Shown in pieces: positions 25,816 to 39,876 of a DNA stretch of 64,000 bases (positions within the stretch are counted from its first letter, which is position 1; each line of letters begins with the position of its first letter). This DNA is from Ostrea edulis. Taxonomy: Eukaryota. Location of the stretch: the NCBI RefSeq assembly GCF_947568905.1, contig NC_079167.1:32488001-32552000 (forward strand), read 5' to 3'. The translations under genes were made by a program, and so were the position numbers. The notes below the pieces were generated by a model, which was not told where the DNA came from, did no database searches, and was given only the letters and a program-made list of their open reading frames with translations.

Positions 25816-26469
25816 GGTAGCAGGGGACAGTTTCGCACTATAGGCCCGGTCAACTTTTTAAAAAAAAATGGAAATACCTCCATATTTGAAGTGATATTAC
25901 ATGTGCGAAAATGTATACAATAATTTCAGGATACATGTCAAATGTAGCTGAGTGCTTAATAAAAATGTTGATATACAACATATAGGTGTCACCATGATTC
26001 CTAGCTTATAGATGGGTGGAAAAACGAAACTAAGACACGTGGTCAGTTGCTGAAGAAATTCCGGTGAAAACGTGCATGGTCCAGCAAAAGGTCTGTAGCT
26101 AAGAGGGAAAGTGGATGGCCCCATATGAAAGGTAGATTTCTAAGAAAGACAGACAGGGTTCTTGATTGCGCACAGTGTCTAAATACTGTGACGGTTGGTG
26201 GGGAGGGGGGTGGGGGGTGCGGATTAGCCCAAATGAGAGAAAATCAAATCAAAAAAGGGGCACCTGCTCAGGGCATGTTTTGTGCACCAGCAACAGTATG
26301 TATTGATTACATGTAATTTAGGGTCATGATTTATTAACTACACCAATATGAAATACAAGTATTGATGTAAAAGGGAAATATGCTTTTTCATTAGTCTGTC
26401 ATAATCTGACTTTGATGTATACTCCCTACCCACATGTTTCAGCACCAAAGGAACTGTCCCCCTGTCACC
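25816..26469. mobile_element. ~655-bp MITE, present in every 1463-bp unit (first copy given)
   Basis: Left end GGTAGCAGGGGACAGTT and right end AACTGTCCCCCTGTCACC form imperfect TIRs. It is flanked by TTA/TTA, or by TACTT/TACTT if the termini are AGG...CCT. It is absent from the ~0.7-kb edge units. Confidence 0.75.
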
Positions 26470-26574
26470 TTACTTACTAGGCAAAACATCATTCTATTTA
26501 TGATCATTCATCATATAAATCTGTACAAAAATTCTGAAGAAACGTGGATGGTTTGAATAATTGGGTGATGTAAC

Positions 26575-26708
26575 AAAAGGATGAGTGTCGATTTGGCGAG
26601 TTGGATGCTCGATGTCATTTGACTGACGTCGCCTGACAATCGGGCTGATCCATATGCTTTCGGCTCATTGGAAGTGAATTCATCAAACCAACCCACCACG
26701 GCTCACCC
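26575..26708 (-). ncRNA. Putative Pol III small RNA, type C (copy 8)
   Basis: GGGUGAGCCGUGGUGGGUUGGUUUGAUG...CAUCGAGCAUCCAACUCGCCAAAUCGACACUCAUCCUUUU. Stems pair 1-7/124-130, 11-21/105-115 and 22-28/95-101. Confidence 0.8.
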
Positions 26709-26728
26709 GATGAATTTAGTCGCATTTT

Positions 26729-26777
26729 CTCTATATCATAATTCACCAATGGAGTGGTGCAATGTCGGAAGTAGATC
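26729..26777 (-). promoter_or_regulatory. Candidate snRNA-type (type 3) promoter: PSE-like block plus TATA-position element (repeated upstream of every copy)
   Basis: ATTGCACCACTCCA at -55 to -42 is invariant in all copies, including the divergent one. A TGATATAGAG or TGTACAGA element sits at about -30 to -21. Confidence 0.6.
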
Positions 26778-28038
26778 TACGTCAATCGACCAGGAGTTTA
26801 AATTCAAGTATGACAACTTGTTGGTTTTTTTTAAAACATTCAAATGGGGGAAAAAATCTTACAGACAATATCTTTCTGCATGTTTTCAGTTGATAGTTTT
26901 CAATATTTGTATTTGTATTGTTTTAAAATATGACTAATCTTAAAGCGAACTGACAATCTCAGGATTCAGTTTATGGAAATCTATGTTTTTCAAGAACTGA
27001 TATATTTTAAAATCAAAATCAAAATCATCCTATTCCAGGTTTACATAATCACTCAATTCTATCCAACCTTCAGAAATATTTGGATCAAGTAGATTAAAAC
27101 ACGGTCCATTTACAGATATGAACAATAACTACGTTACCTTTATCACAATTACAAGATGATCTTTTTCAATCATTGACAGTCATATTTATTGAATTGTTCA
27201 TGTATCTGAAAAATTTCTATTCGGTATCTGTTGTTATCAATAAGCCCGTTGTTAGATTAATCACCACTAATACTACTTAGGTAGCAGGGGACAGTTTCGC
27301 ACTATAGGCCCGGTCAACTTTTTAAAAAAAAATGGAAATACCTCCATATTTGAAGTGATATTACATGTGCGAAAATGTATACAATAATTTCAGGATACAT
27401 GTCAAATGTAGCTGAGTGCTTAATAAAAATGTTGATATACAACATATAGGTGTCACCATGATTCCTAGCTTATAGATGGGTGGAAAAACGAAACTAAGAC
27501 ACGTGGTCAGTTGCTGAAGAAATTCCGGTGAAAACGTGCATGGTCCAGCAAAAGGTCTGTAGCTAAGAGGGAAAGTGGATGGCCCCATATGAAAGGTAGA
27601 TTTCTAAGAAAGACAGACAGGGTTCTTGATTGCGCACAGTGTCTAAATACTGTGACGGTTGGTGGGGAGGGGGGTGGGGGGTGCGGATTAGCCCAAATGA
27701 GAGAAAATCAAATCAAAAAAGGGGCACCTGCTCAGGGCATGTTTTGTGCACCAGCAACAGTATGTATTGATTACATGTAATTTAGGGTCATGATTTATTA
27801 ACTACACCAATATGAAATACAAGTATTGATGTAAAAGGGAAATATGCTTTTTCATTAGTCTGTCATAATCTGACTTTGATGTATACTCCCTACCCACATG
27901 TTTCAGCACCAAAGGAACTGTCCCCCTGTCACCTTACTTACTAGGCAAAACATCATTCTATTTATGATCATTCATCATATAAATCTGTACAAAAATTCTG
28001 AAGAAACGTGGATGGTTTGAATAATTGGGTGATGTAAC

Positions 28039-28172
28039 AAAAGGATGAGTGTCGATTTGGCGAGTTGGATGCTCGATGTCATTTGACTGACGTCGCCTGA
28101 CAATCGGGCTGATCCATATGCTTTCGGCTCATTGGAAGTGAATTCATCAAACCAACCCACCACGGCTCACCC
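28039..28172 (-). ncRNA. Putative Pol III small RNA, type C (copy 9)
   Basis: Same as copy 8. Confidence 0.8.
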
Positions 28173-29501
28173 GATGAATTTAGTCGCATTTTCTCTATAT
28201 CATAATTCACCAATGGAGTGGTGCAATGTCGGAAGTAGATCTACGTCAATCGACCAGGAGTTTAAATTCAAGTATGACAACTTGTTGGGTTTTTTTAAAA
28301 CATTCAAATGGGGGAAAAAATCTTACAGACAATATCTTTCTGCATGTTTTCAGTTGATAGTTTTCAATATTTGTATTTGTATTGTTTTAAAATATGACTA
28401 ATCTTAAAGCGAACTGACAATCTCAGGATTCAGTTTATGGAAATCTATGTTTTTCAAGAACTGATATATTTTAAAATCAAAATCAAAATCATCCTATTCC
28501 AGGTTTACATAATCACTCAATTCTATCCAACCTTCAGAAATATTTGGATCAAGTAGATTAAAACACGGTCCATTTACAGATATGAACAATAACTACGTTA
28601 CCTTTATCACAATTACAAGATGATCTTTTTCAATCATTGACAGTCATATTTATTGAATTGTTCATGTATCTGAAAAATTTCTATTCGGTATCTGTTGTTA
28701 TCAATAAGCCCGTTGTTAGATTAATCACCACTAATACTACTTAGGTAGCAGGGGACAGTTTCGCACTATAGGCCCGGTCAACTTTTTCAAAAAAATGGAA
28801 ATACCTCCATATTTGAAGTGATATTACATGTGCGAAAATGTATACAATAATTTCAGGATACATGTCAAATGTAGCTGAGTGCTTAATAAAAATGTTGATA
28901 TACAACATATAGGTGTCACCATGATTCCTAGCTTATAGATGGGTGGAAAAACGAAACTAAGACACGTGGTCAGTTGCTGAAGAAATTCCGGTGAAAACGT
29001 GCATGGTCCAGCAAAAGGTCTGTAGCTAAGAGGGAAAGTGGATGGCCCCATATGAAAGGTAGATTTCTAAGAAAGACAGACAGGGTTCTTGATTGCGCAC
29101 AGTGTCTAAATACTGTGACGGTTGGTGGGGAGGGGGGTGGGGGGTGCGGATTAGCCCAAATGAGAGAAAATCAAATCAAAAAAGGGGCACCTGCTCAGGG
29201 CATGTTTTGTGCACCAGCAACAGTATGTATTGATTACATGTAATTTAGGGTCATGATTTATTAACTACACCAATATGAAATACAAGTATTGATGTAAAAG
29301 GGAAATATGCTTTTTCATTAGTCTGTCATAATCTGACTTTGATGTATACTCCCTACCCACATGTTTCAGCACCAAAGGAACTGTCCCCCTGTCACCTTAC
29401 TTACTAGGCAAAACATCATTCTATTTATGATCATTCATCATATAAATCTGTACAAAAATTCTGAAGAAACGTGGATGGTTTGAATAATTGGGTGATGTAA
29501 C

Positions 29502-29635
29502 AAAAGGATGAGTGTCGATTTGGCGAGTTGGATGCTCGATGTCATTTGACTGACGTCGCCTGACAATCGGGCTGATCCATATGCTTTCGGCTCATTGGAA
29601 GTGAATTCATCAAACCAACCCACCACGGCTCACCC
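29502..29635 (-). ncRNA. Putative Pol III small RNA, type C (copy 10)
   Basis: Same as copy 8. Confidence 0.8.
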
Positions 29636-30964
29636 GATGAATTTAGTCGCATTTTCTCTATATCATAATTCACCAATGGAGTGGTGCAATGTCGGAAGTA
29701 GATCTACGTCAATCGACCAGGAGTTTAAATTCAAGTATGACAACTTGTTGGTTTTTTTTAAAACATTCAAATGGGGGAAAAAATCTTACAGACAATATCT
29801 TTCTGCATGTTTTCAGTTGATAGTTTTCAATATTTGTATTTGTATTGTTTTAAAATATGACTAATCTTAAAGCGAACTGACAATCTCAGGATTCAGTTTA
29901 TGGAAATCTATGTTTTTCAAGAACTGATATATTTTAAAATCAAAATCAAAATCATCCTATTCCAGGTTTACATAATCACTCAATTCTATCCAACCTTCAG
30001 AAATATTTGGATCAAGTAGATTAAAACACGGTCCATTTACAGATATGAACAATAACTACGTTACCTTTATCACAATTACAAGATGATCTTTTTCAATCAT
30101 TGACAGTCATATTTATTGAATTGTTCATGTATCTGAAAAATTTCTATTCGGTATCTGTTGTTATCAATAAGCCCGTTGTTAGATTAATCACCACTAATAC
30201 TACTTAGGTAGCAGGGGACAGTTTCGCACTATAGGCCCGGTCAACTTTTTAAAAAAAATGGAAATACCTCCATATTTGAAGTGATATTACATGTGCGAAA
30301 ATGTATACAATAATTTCAGGATACATGTCAAATGTAGCTGAGTGCTTAATAAAAATGTTGATATACAACATATAGGTGTCACCATGATTCCTAGCTTATA
30401 GATGGGTGGAAAAACGAAACTAAGACACGTGGTCAGTTGCTGAAGAAATTCCGGTGAAAACGTGCATGGTCCAGCAAAAGGTCTGTAGCTAAGAGGGAAA
30501 GTGGATGGCCCCATATGAAAGGTAGATTTCTAAGAAAGACAGACAGGCTTCTTGATTGCGCACAGTGTCTAAATACTGTGACGGTTGGTGGGGAGGGGGG
30601 TGGGGGGTGCGGATTAGCCCAAATGAGAGAAAATCAAATCAAAAAAGGGGCACCTGCCCAGGGCATGTTTTGTGCACCAGCAACAGTATGTATTGATTAC
30701 ATGTAATTTAGGGTCATGATTTATTAACTACACCAATATGAAATACAAGTATTGATGTAAAAGGGAAATATGCTTTTTCATTAGTCTGTCATAATCTGAC
30801 TTTGATGTATACTCCCTACCCACATGTTTCAGCACCAAAGGAACTGTCCCCCTGTCACCTTACTTACTAGGCAAAACATCATTCTATTTATGATCATTCA
30901 TCATATAAATCTGTACAAAAATTCTGAAGAAACGTGGATGGTTTGAATAATTGGGTGATGTAAC

Positions 30965-31098
30965 AAAAGGATGAGTGTCGATTTGGCGAGTTGGATGCTC
31001 GATGTCATTTGACTGACGTCGCCTGACAATCGGGCTGATCCATATGCTTTCGGCTCATTGGAAGTGAATTCATCAAACCAACCCACCACGGCTCACCC
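30965..31098 (-). ncRNA. Putative Pol III small RNA, type C (copy 11)
   Basis: Same as copy 8. Confidence 0.8.
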
Positions 31099-32427
31099 GA
31101 TGAATTTAGTCGCATTTTCTCTATATCATAATTCACCAATGGAGTGGTGCAATGTCGGAAGTAGATCTACGTCAATCGACCAGGAGTTTAAATTCAAGTA
31201 TGACAACTTGTTGGGTTTTTCTAAAACATTCAAATGGGGAAAAAAATCTTACAGACAATATCTTTCTGCATGTTTTCAGTTGATAGTTTTCAATATTTGT
31301 ATTTGTATTGTTTTAAAATATGACTAATCTTAAAGCGAACTGACAATCTCAGGATTCAGTTTATGGAAATCTATGTTTTTCAAGAACTGATATATTTTAA
31401 AATCAAAATCAAAATCATCCTATTCCAGGTTTACATAATCACTCAATTCTATCCAACCTTCAGAAATATTTGGATCAAGTAGATTAAAACACGGTCCATT
31501 TACAGATATGAACAATAACTACGTTACCTTTATCACAATTACAAGATGATCTTTTTCAATCATTGACAGTCATATTTATTGAATTGTTCATGTATCTGAA
31601 AAATTTCTATTCGGTATCTGTTGTTATCAATAAGCCCGTTGTTAGATTAATCACCACTAATACTACTTAGGTAGCAGGGGACAGTTTCGCACTATAGGCC
31701 CGGTCAACTTTTTAAAAAAAATGGAAATACCTCCATATTTGAAGTGATATTACATGTGCGAAAATGTATACAATAATTTCAGGATACATGTCAAATGTAG
31801 CTGAGTGCTTAATAAAAATGTTGATATACAACATATAGGTGTCACCATGATTCCTAGCTTATAGATGGGTGGAAAAACGAAACTAAGACACGTGGTCAGT
31901 TGCTGAAGAAATTCCGGTGAAAACGTGCATGGTCCAGCAAAAGGTCTGTAGCTAAGAGGGAAAGTGGATGGCCCCATATGAAAGGTAGATTTCTAAGAAA
32001 GACAGACAGGGTTCTTGATTGCGCACAGTGTCTAAATACTGTGACGGTTGGTGGGGAGGGGGGTGGGGGGTGCGGATTAGCCCAAATGAGAGAAAATCAA
32101 ATCAAAAAAGGGGCACCTGCTCAGGGCATGTTTTGTGCACCAGCAACAGTATGTATTGATTACATGTAATTTAGGGTCATGATTTATTAACTACACCAAT
32201 ATGAAATACAAGTATTGATGTAAAAGGGAAATATGCTTTTTCATTAGTCTGTCATAATCTGACTTTGATGTATACTCCCTACCCACATGTTTCAGCACCA
32301 AAGGAACTGTCCCCCTGTCACCTTACTTACTAGGCAAAACATCATTCTATTTATGATCATTCATCATATAAATCTGTACAAAAATTCTGAAGAAACGTGG
32401 ATGGTTTGAATAATTGGGTGATGTAAC

Positions 32428-32561
32428 AAAAGGATGAGTGTCGATTTGGCGAGTTGGATGCTCGATGTCATTTGACTGACGTCGCCTGACAATCGGGCTG
32501 ATCCATATGCTTTCGGCTCATTGGAAGTGAATTCATCAAACCAACCCACCACGGCTCACCC
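32428..32561 (-). ncRNA. Putative Pol III small RNA, type C (copy 12)
   Basis: Same as copy 8. Confidence 0.8.
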
Positions 32562-33890
32562 GATGAATTTAGTCGCATTTTCTCTATATCATAATTCACC
32601 AATGGAGTGGTGCAATGTCGGAAGTAGATCTACGTCAATCGACCAGGAGTTTAAATTCAAGTATGACAACTTGTTGGTTTTTTTTAAAACATTCAAATGG
32701 GGGAAAAAATCTTACAGACAATATCTTTCTGCATGTTTTCAGTTGATATTTTTCAATATTTGTATTTGTATTGTTTTAAAATATGACTAATCTTAAAGCG
32801 AACTGACAATCTCAGGATTCAGTTTATGGAAATCTATGTTTTTCAAGAACTGATATATTTTAAAATCAAAATCAAAATCATCCTATTCCAGGTTTACATA
32901 ATCACTCAATTCTATCCAACCTTCAGAAATATTTGGATCAAGTAGATTAAAACACGGTCCATTTACAGATATGAACAATAACTACGTTACCTTTATCACA
33001 ATTACAAGATGATCTTTTTCAATCATTGACAGTCATATTTATTGAATTGTTCATGTATCTGAAAAATTTCTATTCGGTATCTGTTGTTATCAATAAGCCC
33101 GTTGTTAGATTAATCACCACTAATACTACTTAGGTAGCAGGGGACAGTTTCGCACTATAGGCCCGGTCAACTTTTTAAAAAAAATGGAAATACCTCCATA
33201 TTTGAAGTGATATTACATGTGCGAAAATGTATACAATAATTTCAGGATACATGTCAAATGTAGCTGAGTGCTTAATAAAAATGTTGATATACAACATATA
33301 GGTGTCACCATGATTCCTAGCTTATAGATGGGTGGAAAAACGAAACTAAGACACGTGGTCAGTTGCTGAAGAAATTCCGGTGAAAACGTGCATGGTCCAG
33401 CAAAAGGTCTGTAGCTAAGAGGGAAAGTGGATGGCCCCATATGAAAGGTAGATTTCTAAGAAAGACAGACAGGCTTCTTGATTGCGCACAGTGTCTAAAT
33501 ACTGTGACGGTTGGTGGGGAGGGGGGTGGGGGGTGCGGATTAGCCCAAATGAGAGAAAATCAAATCAAAAAAGGGGCACCTGCTCAGGGCATGTTTTGTG
33601 CACCAGCAACAGTATGTATTGATTACATGTAATTTAGGGTCATGATTTATTAACTACACCAATATGAAATACAAGTATTGATGTAAAAGGGAAATATGCT
33701 TTTTCATTAGTCTGTCATAATCTGACTTTGATGTATACTCCCTACCCACATGTTTCAGCACCAAAGGAACTGTCCCCCTGTCACCTTACTTACTAGGCAA
33801 AACATCATTCTATTTATGATCATTCATCATATAAATCTGTACAAAAATTCTGAAGAAACGTGGATGGTTTGAATAATTGGGTGATGTAAC

Positions 33891-34024
33891 AAAAGGATGA
33901 GTGTCGATTTGGCGAGTTGGATGCTCGATGTCATTTGACTGACGTCGCCTGACAATCGGGCTGATCCATATGCTTTCGGCTCATTGGAAGTGAATTCATC
34001 AAACCAACCCACCACGGCTCACCC
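33891..34024 (-). ncRNA. Putative Pol III small RNA, type C (copy 13)
   Basis: Same as copy 8. Confidence 0.8.
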
Positions 34025-35353
34025 GATGAATTTAGTCGCATTTTCTCTATATCATAATTCACCAATGGAGTGGTGCAATGTCGGAAGTAGATCTACGTCA
34101 ATCGACCAGGAGTTTAAATTCAAGTATGACAACTTGTTGGGTTTTTTTAAAACATTCAAATGGGGAAAAAAATCTTACAGACAATATCTTTCTGCATGTT
34201 TTCAGTTGATAGTTTTCAATATTTGTATTTGTATTGTTTTAAAATATGACTAATCTTAAAGCGAACTGACAATCTCAGGATTCAGTTTATGGAAATCTAT
34301 GTTTTTCAAGAACTGATATATTTTAAAATCAAAATCAAAATCATCCTATTCCAGGTTTACATAATCACTCAATTCTATCCAACCTTCAGAAATATTTGGA
34401 TCAAGTAGATTAAAACACGGTCCATTTACAGATATGAACAATAACTACGTTACCTTTATCACAATTACAAGATGATCTTTTTCAATCATTGACAGTCATA
34501 TTTATTGAATTGTTCATGTATCTGAAAAATTTCTATTCGGTATCTGTTGTTATCAATAAGCCCGTTGTTAGATTAATCACCACTAATACTACTTAGGTAG
34601 CAGGGGACAGTTTCGCACTATAGGCCCGGTCAACTTTTTCAAAAAAATGGAAATACCTCCATATTTGAAGTGATATTACATGTGCGAAAATGTATACAAT
34701 AATTTCAGGATACATGTCAAATGTAGCTGAGTGCTTAATAAAAATGTTGATATACAACATATAGGTGTCACCATGATTCCTAGCTTATAGATGGGTGGAA
34801 AAACGAAACTAAGACACGTGGTCAGTTGCTGAAGAAATTCCGGTGAAAACGTGCATGGTCCAGCAAAAGGTCTGTAGCTAAGAGGGAAAGTGGATGGCCC
34901 CATATGAAAGGTAGATTTCTAAGAAAGACAGACAGGGTTCTTGATTGCGCACAGTGTCTAAATACTGTGACGGTTGGTGGGGAGGGGGGTGGGGGGTGCG
35001 GATTAGCCCAAATGAGAGAAAATCAAATCAAAAAAGGGGCACCTGCTCAGGGCATGTTTTGTGCACCAGCAACAGTATGTATTGATTACATGTAATTTAG
35101 GGTCATGATTTATTAACTACACCAATATGAAATACAAGTATTGATGTAAAAGGGAAATATGCTTTTTCATTAGTCTGTCATAATCTGACTTTGATGTATA
35201 CTCCCTACCCACATGTTTCAGCACCAAAGGAACTGTCCCCCTGTCACCTTACTTACTAGGCAAAACATCATTCTATTTATGATCATTCATCATATAAATC
35301 TGTACAAAAATTCTGAAGAAACGTGGATGGTTTGAATAATTGGGTGATGTAAC

Positions 35354-35487
35354 AAAAGGATGAGTGTCGATTTGGCGAGTTGGATGCTCGATGTCATTTG
35401 ACTGACGTCGCCTGACAATCGGGCTGATCCATATGCTTTCGGCTCATTGGAAGTGAATTCATCAAACCAACCCACCACGGCTCACCC
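35354..35487 (-). ncRNA. Putative Pol III small RNA, type C (copy 14)
   Basis: Same as copy 8. Confidence 0.8.
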
Positions 35488-36816
35488 GATGAATTTAGTC
35501 GCATTTTCTCTATATCATAATTCACCAATGGAGTGGTGCAATGTCGGAAGTAGATCTACGTCAATCGACCAGGAGTTTAAATTCAAGTATGACAACTTGT
35601 TGGGTTTTTTTAAAACATTCAAATGGGGAAAAAAATCTTACAGACAATATCTTTCTGCATGTTTTCAGTTGATAGTTTTCAATATTTGTATTTGTATTGT
35701 TTTAAAATATGACTAATCTTAAAGCGAACTGACAATCTCAGGATTCAGTTTATGGAAATCTATGTTTTTCAAGAACTGATATATTTTAAAATCAAAATCA
35801 AAATCATCCTATTCCAGGTTTACATAATCACTCAATTCTATCCAACCTTCAGAAATATTTGGATCAAGTAGATTAAAACACGGTCCATTTACAGATATGA
35901 ACAATAACTACGTTACCTTTATCACAATTACAAGATGATCTTTTTCAATCATTGACAGTCATATTTATTGAATTGTTCATGTATCTGAAAAATTTCTATT
36001 CGGTATCTGTTGTTATCAATAAGCCCGTTGTTAGATTAATCACCACTAATACTACTTAGGTAGCAGGGGACAGTTTCGCACTATAGGCCCGGTCAACTTT
36101 TTAAAAAAAATGGAAATACCTCCATATTTGAAGTGATATTACATGTGCGAAAATGTATACAATAATTTCAGGATACATGTCAAATGTAGCTGAGTGCTTA
36201 ATAAAAATGTTGATATACAACATATAGGTGTCACCATGATTCCTAGCTTATAGATGGGTGGAAAAACGAAACTAAGACACGTGGTCAGTTGCTGAAGAAA
36301 TTCCGGTGAAAACGTGCATGGTCCAGCAAAAGGTCTGTAGCTAAGAGGGAAAGTGGATGGCCCCATATGAAAGGTAGATTTCTAAGAAAGACAGACAGGG
36401 TTCTTGATTGCGCACAGTGTCTAAATACTGTGACGGTTGGTGGGGAGGGGGGTGGGGGGTGCGGATTAGCCCAAATGAGAGAAAATCAAATCAAAAAAGG
36501 GGCACCTGCTCAGGGCATGTTTTGTGCACCAGCAACAGTATGTATTGATTACATGTAATTTAGGGTCATGATTTATTAACTACACCAATATGAAATACAA
36601 GTATTGATGTAAAAGGGAAATATGCTTTTTCATTAGTCTGTCATAATCTGACTTTGATGTATACTCCCTACCCACATGTTTCAGCACCAAAGGAACTGTC
36701 CCCCTGTCACCTTACTTACTAGGCAAAACATCATTCTATTTATGATCATTCATCATATAAATCTGTACAAAAATTCTGAAGAAACGTGGATGGTTTGAAT
36801 AATTGGGTGATGTAAC

Positions 36817-36950
36817 AAAAGGATGAGTGTCGATTTGGCGAGTTGGATGCTCGATGTCATTTGACTGACGTCGCCTGACAATCGGGCTGATCCATATGCT
36901 TTCGGCTCATTGGAAGTGAATTCATCAAACCAACCCACCACGGCTCACCC
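36817..36950 (-). ncRNA. Putative Pol III small RNA, type C (copy 15)
   Basis: Same as copy 8. Confidence 0.8.
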
Positions 36951-38279
36951 GATGAATTTAGTCGCATTTTCTCTATATCATAATTCACCAATGGAGTGGT
37001 GCAATGTCGGAAGTAGATCTACGTCAATCGACCAGGAGTTTAAATTCAAGTATGACAACTTGTTGGGTTTTTTTAAAACATTCAAATGGGGGAAAAAATC
37101 TTACAGACAATATCTTTCTGCATGTTTTCAGTTGATAGTTTTCAATATTTGTATTTGTATTGTTTTAAAATATGACTAATATTAAAGCGAACTGACAATC
37201 TCAGGATTCAGTTTATGGAAATCTATGTTTTTCAAGAACTGATATATTTTAAAATCAAAATCAAAATCATCCTATTCCAGGTTTACATAATCACTCAATT
37301 CTATCCAACCTTCAGAAATATTTGGATCAAGTAGATTAAAACACGGTCCATTTACAGATATGAACAATAACTACGTTACCTTTATCACAATTACAAGATG
37401 ATCTTTTTCAATCATTGACAGTCATATTTATTGAATTGTTCATGTATCTGAAAAATTTCTATTCGGTATCTGTTGTTATCAATAAGCCCGTTGTTAGATT
37501 AATCACCACTAATACTACTTAGGTAGCAGGGGACAGTTTCGCACTATAGGCCCGGTCAACTTTTTAAAAAAAATGGAAATACCTCCATATTTGAAGTGAT
37601 ATTACATGTGCGAAAATGTATACAATAATTTCAGGATACATGTCAAATGTAGCTGAGTGCTTAATAAAAATGTTGATATACAACATATAGGTGTCACCAT
37701 GATTCCTAGCTTATAGATGGGTGGAAAAACGAAACTAAGACACGTGGTCAGTTGCTGAAGAAATTCCGGTGAAAACGTGCATGGTCCAGCAAAAGGTCTG
37801 TAGCTAAGAGGGAAAGTGGATGGCCCCATATGAAAGGTAGATTTCTAAGAAAGACAGACAGGCTTCTTGATTGCGCACAGTGTCTAAATACTGTGACGGT
37901 TGGTGGGGAGGGGGGTGGGGGGTGCGGATTAGCCCAAATGAGAGAAAATCAAATCAAAAAAGGGGCACCTGCTCAGGGCATGTTTTGTGCACCAGCAACA
38001 GTATGTATTGATTACATGTAATTTAGGGTCATGATTTATTAACTACACCAATATGAAATACAAGTATTGATGTAAAAGGGAAATATGCTTTTTCATTAGT
38101 CTGTCATAATCTGACTTTGATGTATACTCCCTACCCACATGTTTCAACACCAAAGGAACTGTCCCCCTGTCACCTTACTTACTAGGCAAAACATCATTCT
38201 ATTTATGATCATTCATCATATAAATCTGTACAAAAATTCTGAAGAAACGTGGATGGTTTGAATAATTGGGTGATGTAAC

Positions 38280-38413
38280 AAAAGGATGAGTGTCGATTTG
38301 GCGAGTTGGATGCTCGATGTCATTTGACTGACGTCGCCTGACAATCGGGCTGATCCATATGCTTTCGGCTCATTGGAAGTGAATTCATCAAACCAACCCA
38401 CCACGGCTCACCC
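38280..38413 (-). ncRNA. Putative Pol III small RNA, type C (copy 16)
   Basis: Same as copy 8. Confidence 0.8.
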
Positions 38414-39742
38414 GATGAATTTAGTCGCATTTTCTCTATATCATAATTCACCAATGGAGTGGTGCAATGTCGGAAGTAGATCTACGTCAATCGACCAGGA
38501 GTTTAAATTCAAGTATGACAACTTGTTGGTTTTTTTTAAAACATTCAAATGGGGGAAAAAATCTTACAGACAATATCTTTCTGCATGTTTTCAGTTGATA
38601 GTTTTCAATATTTGTATTTGTATTGTTTTAAAATATGACTAATCTTAAAGCGAACTGACAATCTCAGGATTCAGTTTATGGAAATCTATGTTTTTCAAGA
38701 ACTGATATATTTTAAAATCAAAATCAAAATCATCCTATTCCAGGTTTACATAATCACTCAATTCTATCCAACCTTCAGAAATATTTGGATCAAGTAGATT
38801 AAAACACGGTCCATTTACAGATATGAACAATAACTACGTTACCTTTATCACAATTACAAGATGATCTTTTTCAATCATTGACAGTCATATTTATTGAATT
38901 GTTCATGTATCTGAAAAATTTCTATTCGGTATCTGTTGTTATCAATAAGCCCGTTGTTAGATTAATCACCACTAATACTACTTAGGTAGCAGGGGACAGT
39001 TTCGCACTATAGGCCCGGTCAACTTTTTCAAAAAAATGGAAATACCTCCATATTTGAAGTGATATTACATGTGCGAAAATGTATACAATAATTTCAGGAT
39101 ACATGTCAAATGTAGCTGAGTGCTTAATAAAAATGTTGATATACAACATATAGGTGTCACCATGATTCCTAGCTTATAGATGGGTGGAAAAACGAAACTA
39201 AGACACGTGGTCAGTTGCTGAAGAAATTCCGGTGAAAACGTGCATGGTCCAGCAAAAGGTCTGTAGCTAAGAGGGAAAGTGGATGGCCCCATATGAAAGG
39301 TAGATTTCTAAGAAAGACAGACAGGCTTCTTGATTGCGCACAGTGTCTAAATACTGTGACGGTTGGTGGGGAGGGGGGTGGGGGGTGCGGATTAGCCCAA
39401 ATGAGAGAAAATCAAATCAAAAAAGGGGCACCTGCTCAGGGCATGTTTTGTGCACCAGCAACAGTATGTATTGATTACATGTAATTTAGGGTCATGATTT
39501 ATTAACTACACCAATATGAAATACAAGTATTGATGTAAAAGGGAAATATGCTTTTTCATTAGTCTGTCATAATCTGACTTTGATGTATACTCCCTACCCA
39601 CATGTTTCAGCACCAAAGGAACTGTCCCCCTGTCACCTTACTTACTAGGCAAAACATCATTCTATTTATGATCATTCATCATATAAATCTGTACAAAAAT
39701 TCTGAAGAAACGTGGATGGTTTGAATAATTGGGTGATGTAAC

Positions 39743-39876
39743 AAAAGGATGAGTGTCGATTTGGCGAGTTGGATGCTCGATGTCATTTGACTGACGTCGC
39801 CTGACAATCGGGCTGATCCATATGCTTTCGGCTCATTGGAAGTGAATTCATCAAACCAACCCACCACGGCTCACCC
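39743..39876 (-). ncRNA. Putative Pol III small RNA, type C (copy 17)
   Basis: Same as copy 8. Confidence 0.8.

Noticed and set aside
26655-26686. Hammerhead-like core in type C RNA (UUGAUGA...stem...CGAAA), suggesting a retrozyme array
   Set aside because: C3 is U, and types A and B read UUGAUCA. Type B has CAAA for GAAA, and no stem III with a NUH site can be built.
26575-26708. Identity as 5S rRNA, tRNA, U1/U2/U4/U5/U6, U6atac, 7SK or 7SL
   Set aside because: None of their diagnostic sequences is present (no ACAGAGA box, Sm site, cloverleaf, 5S C box or SRP helix 8 motif). Canonical Y RNA is also doubtful because the GGUCCGA/UUGACC helix is missing.
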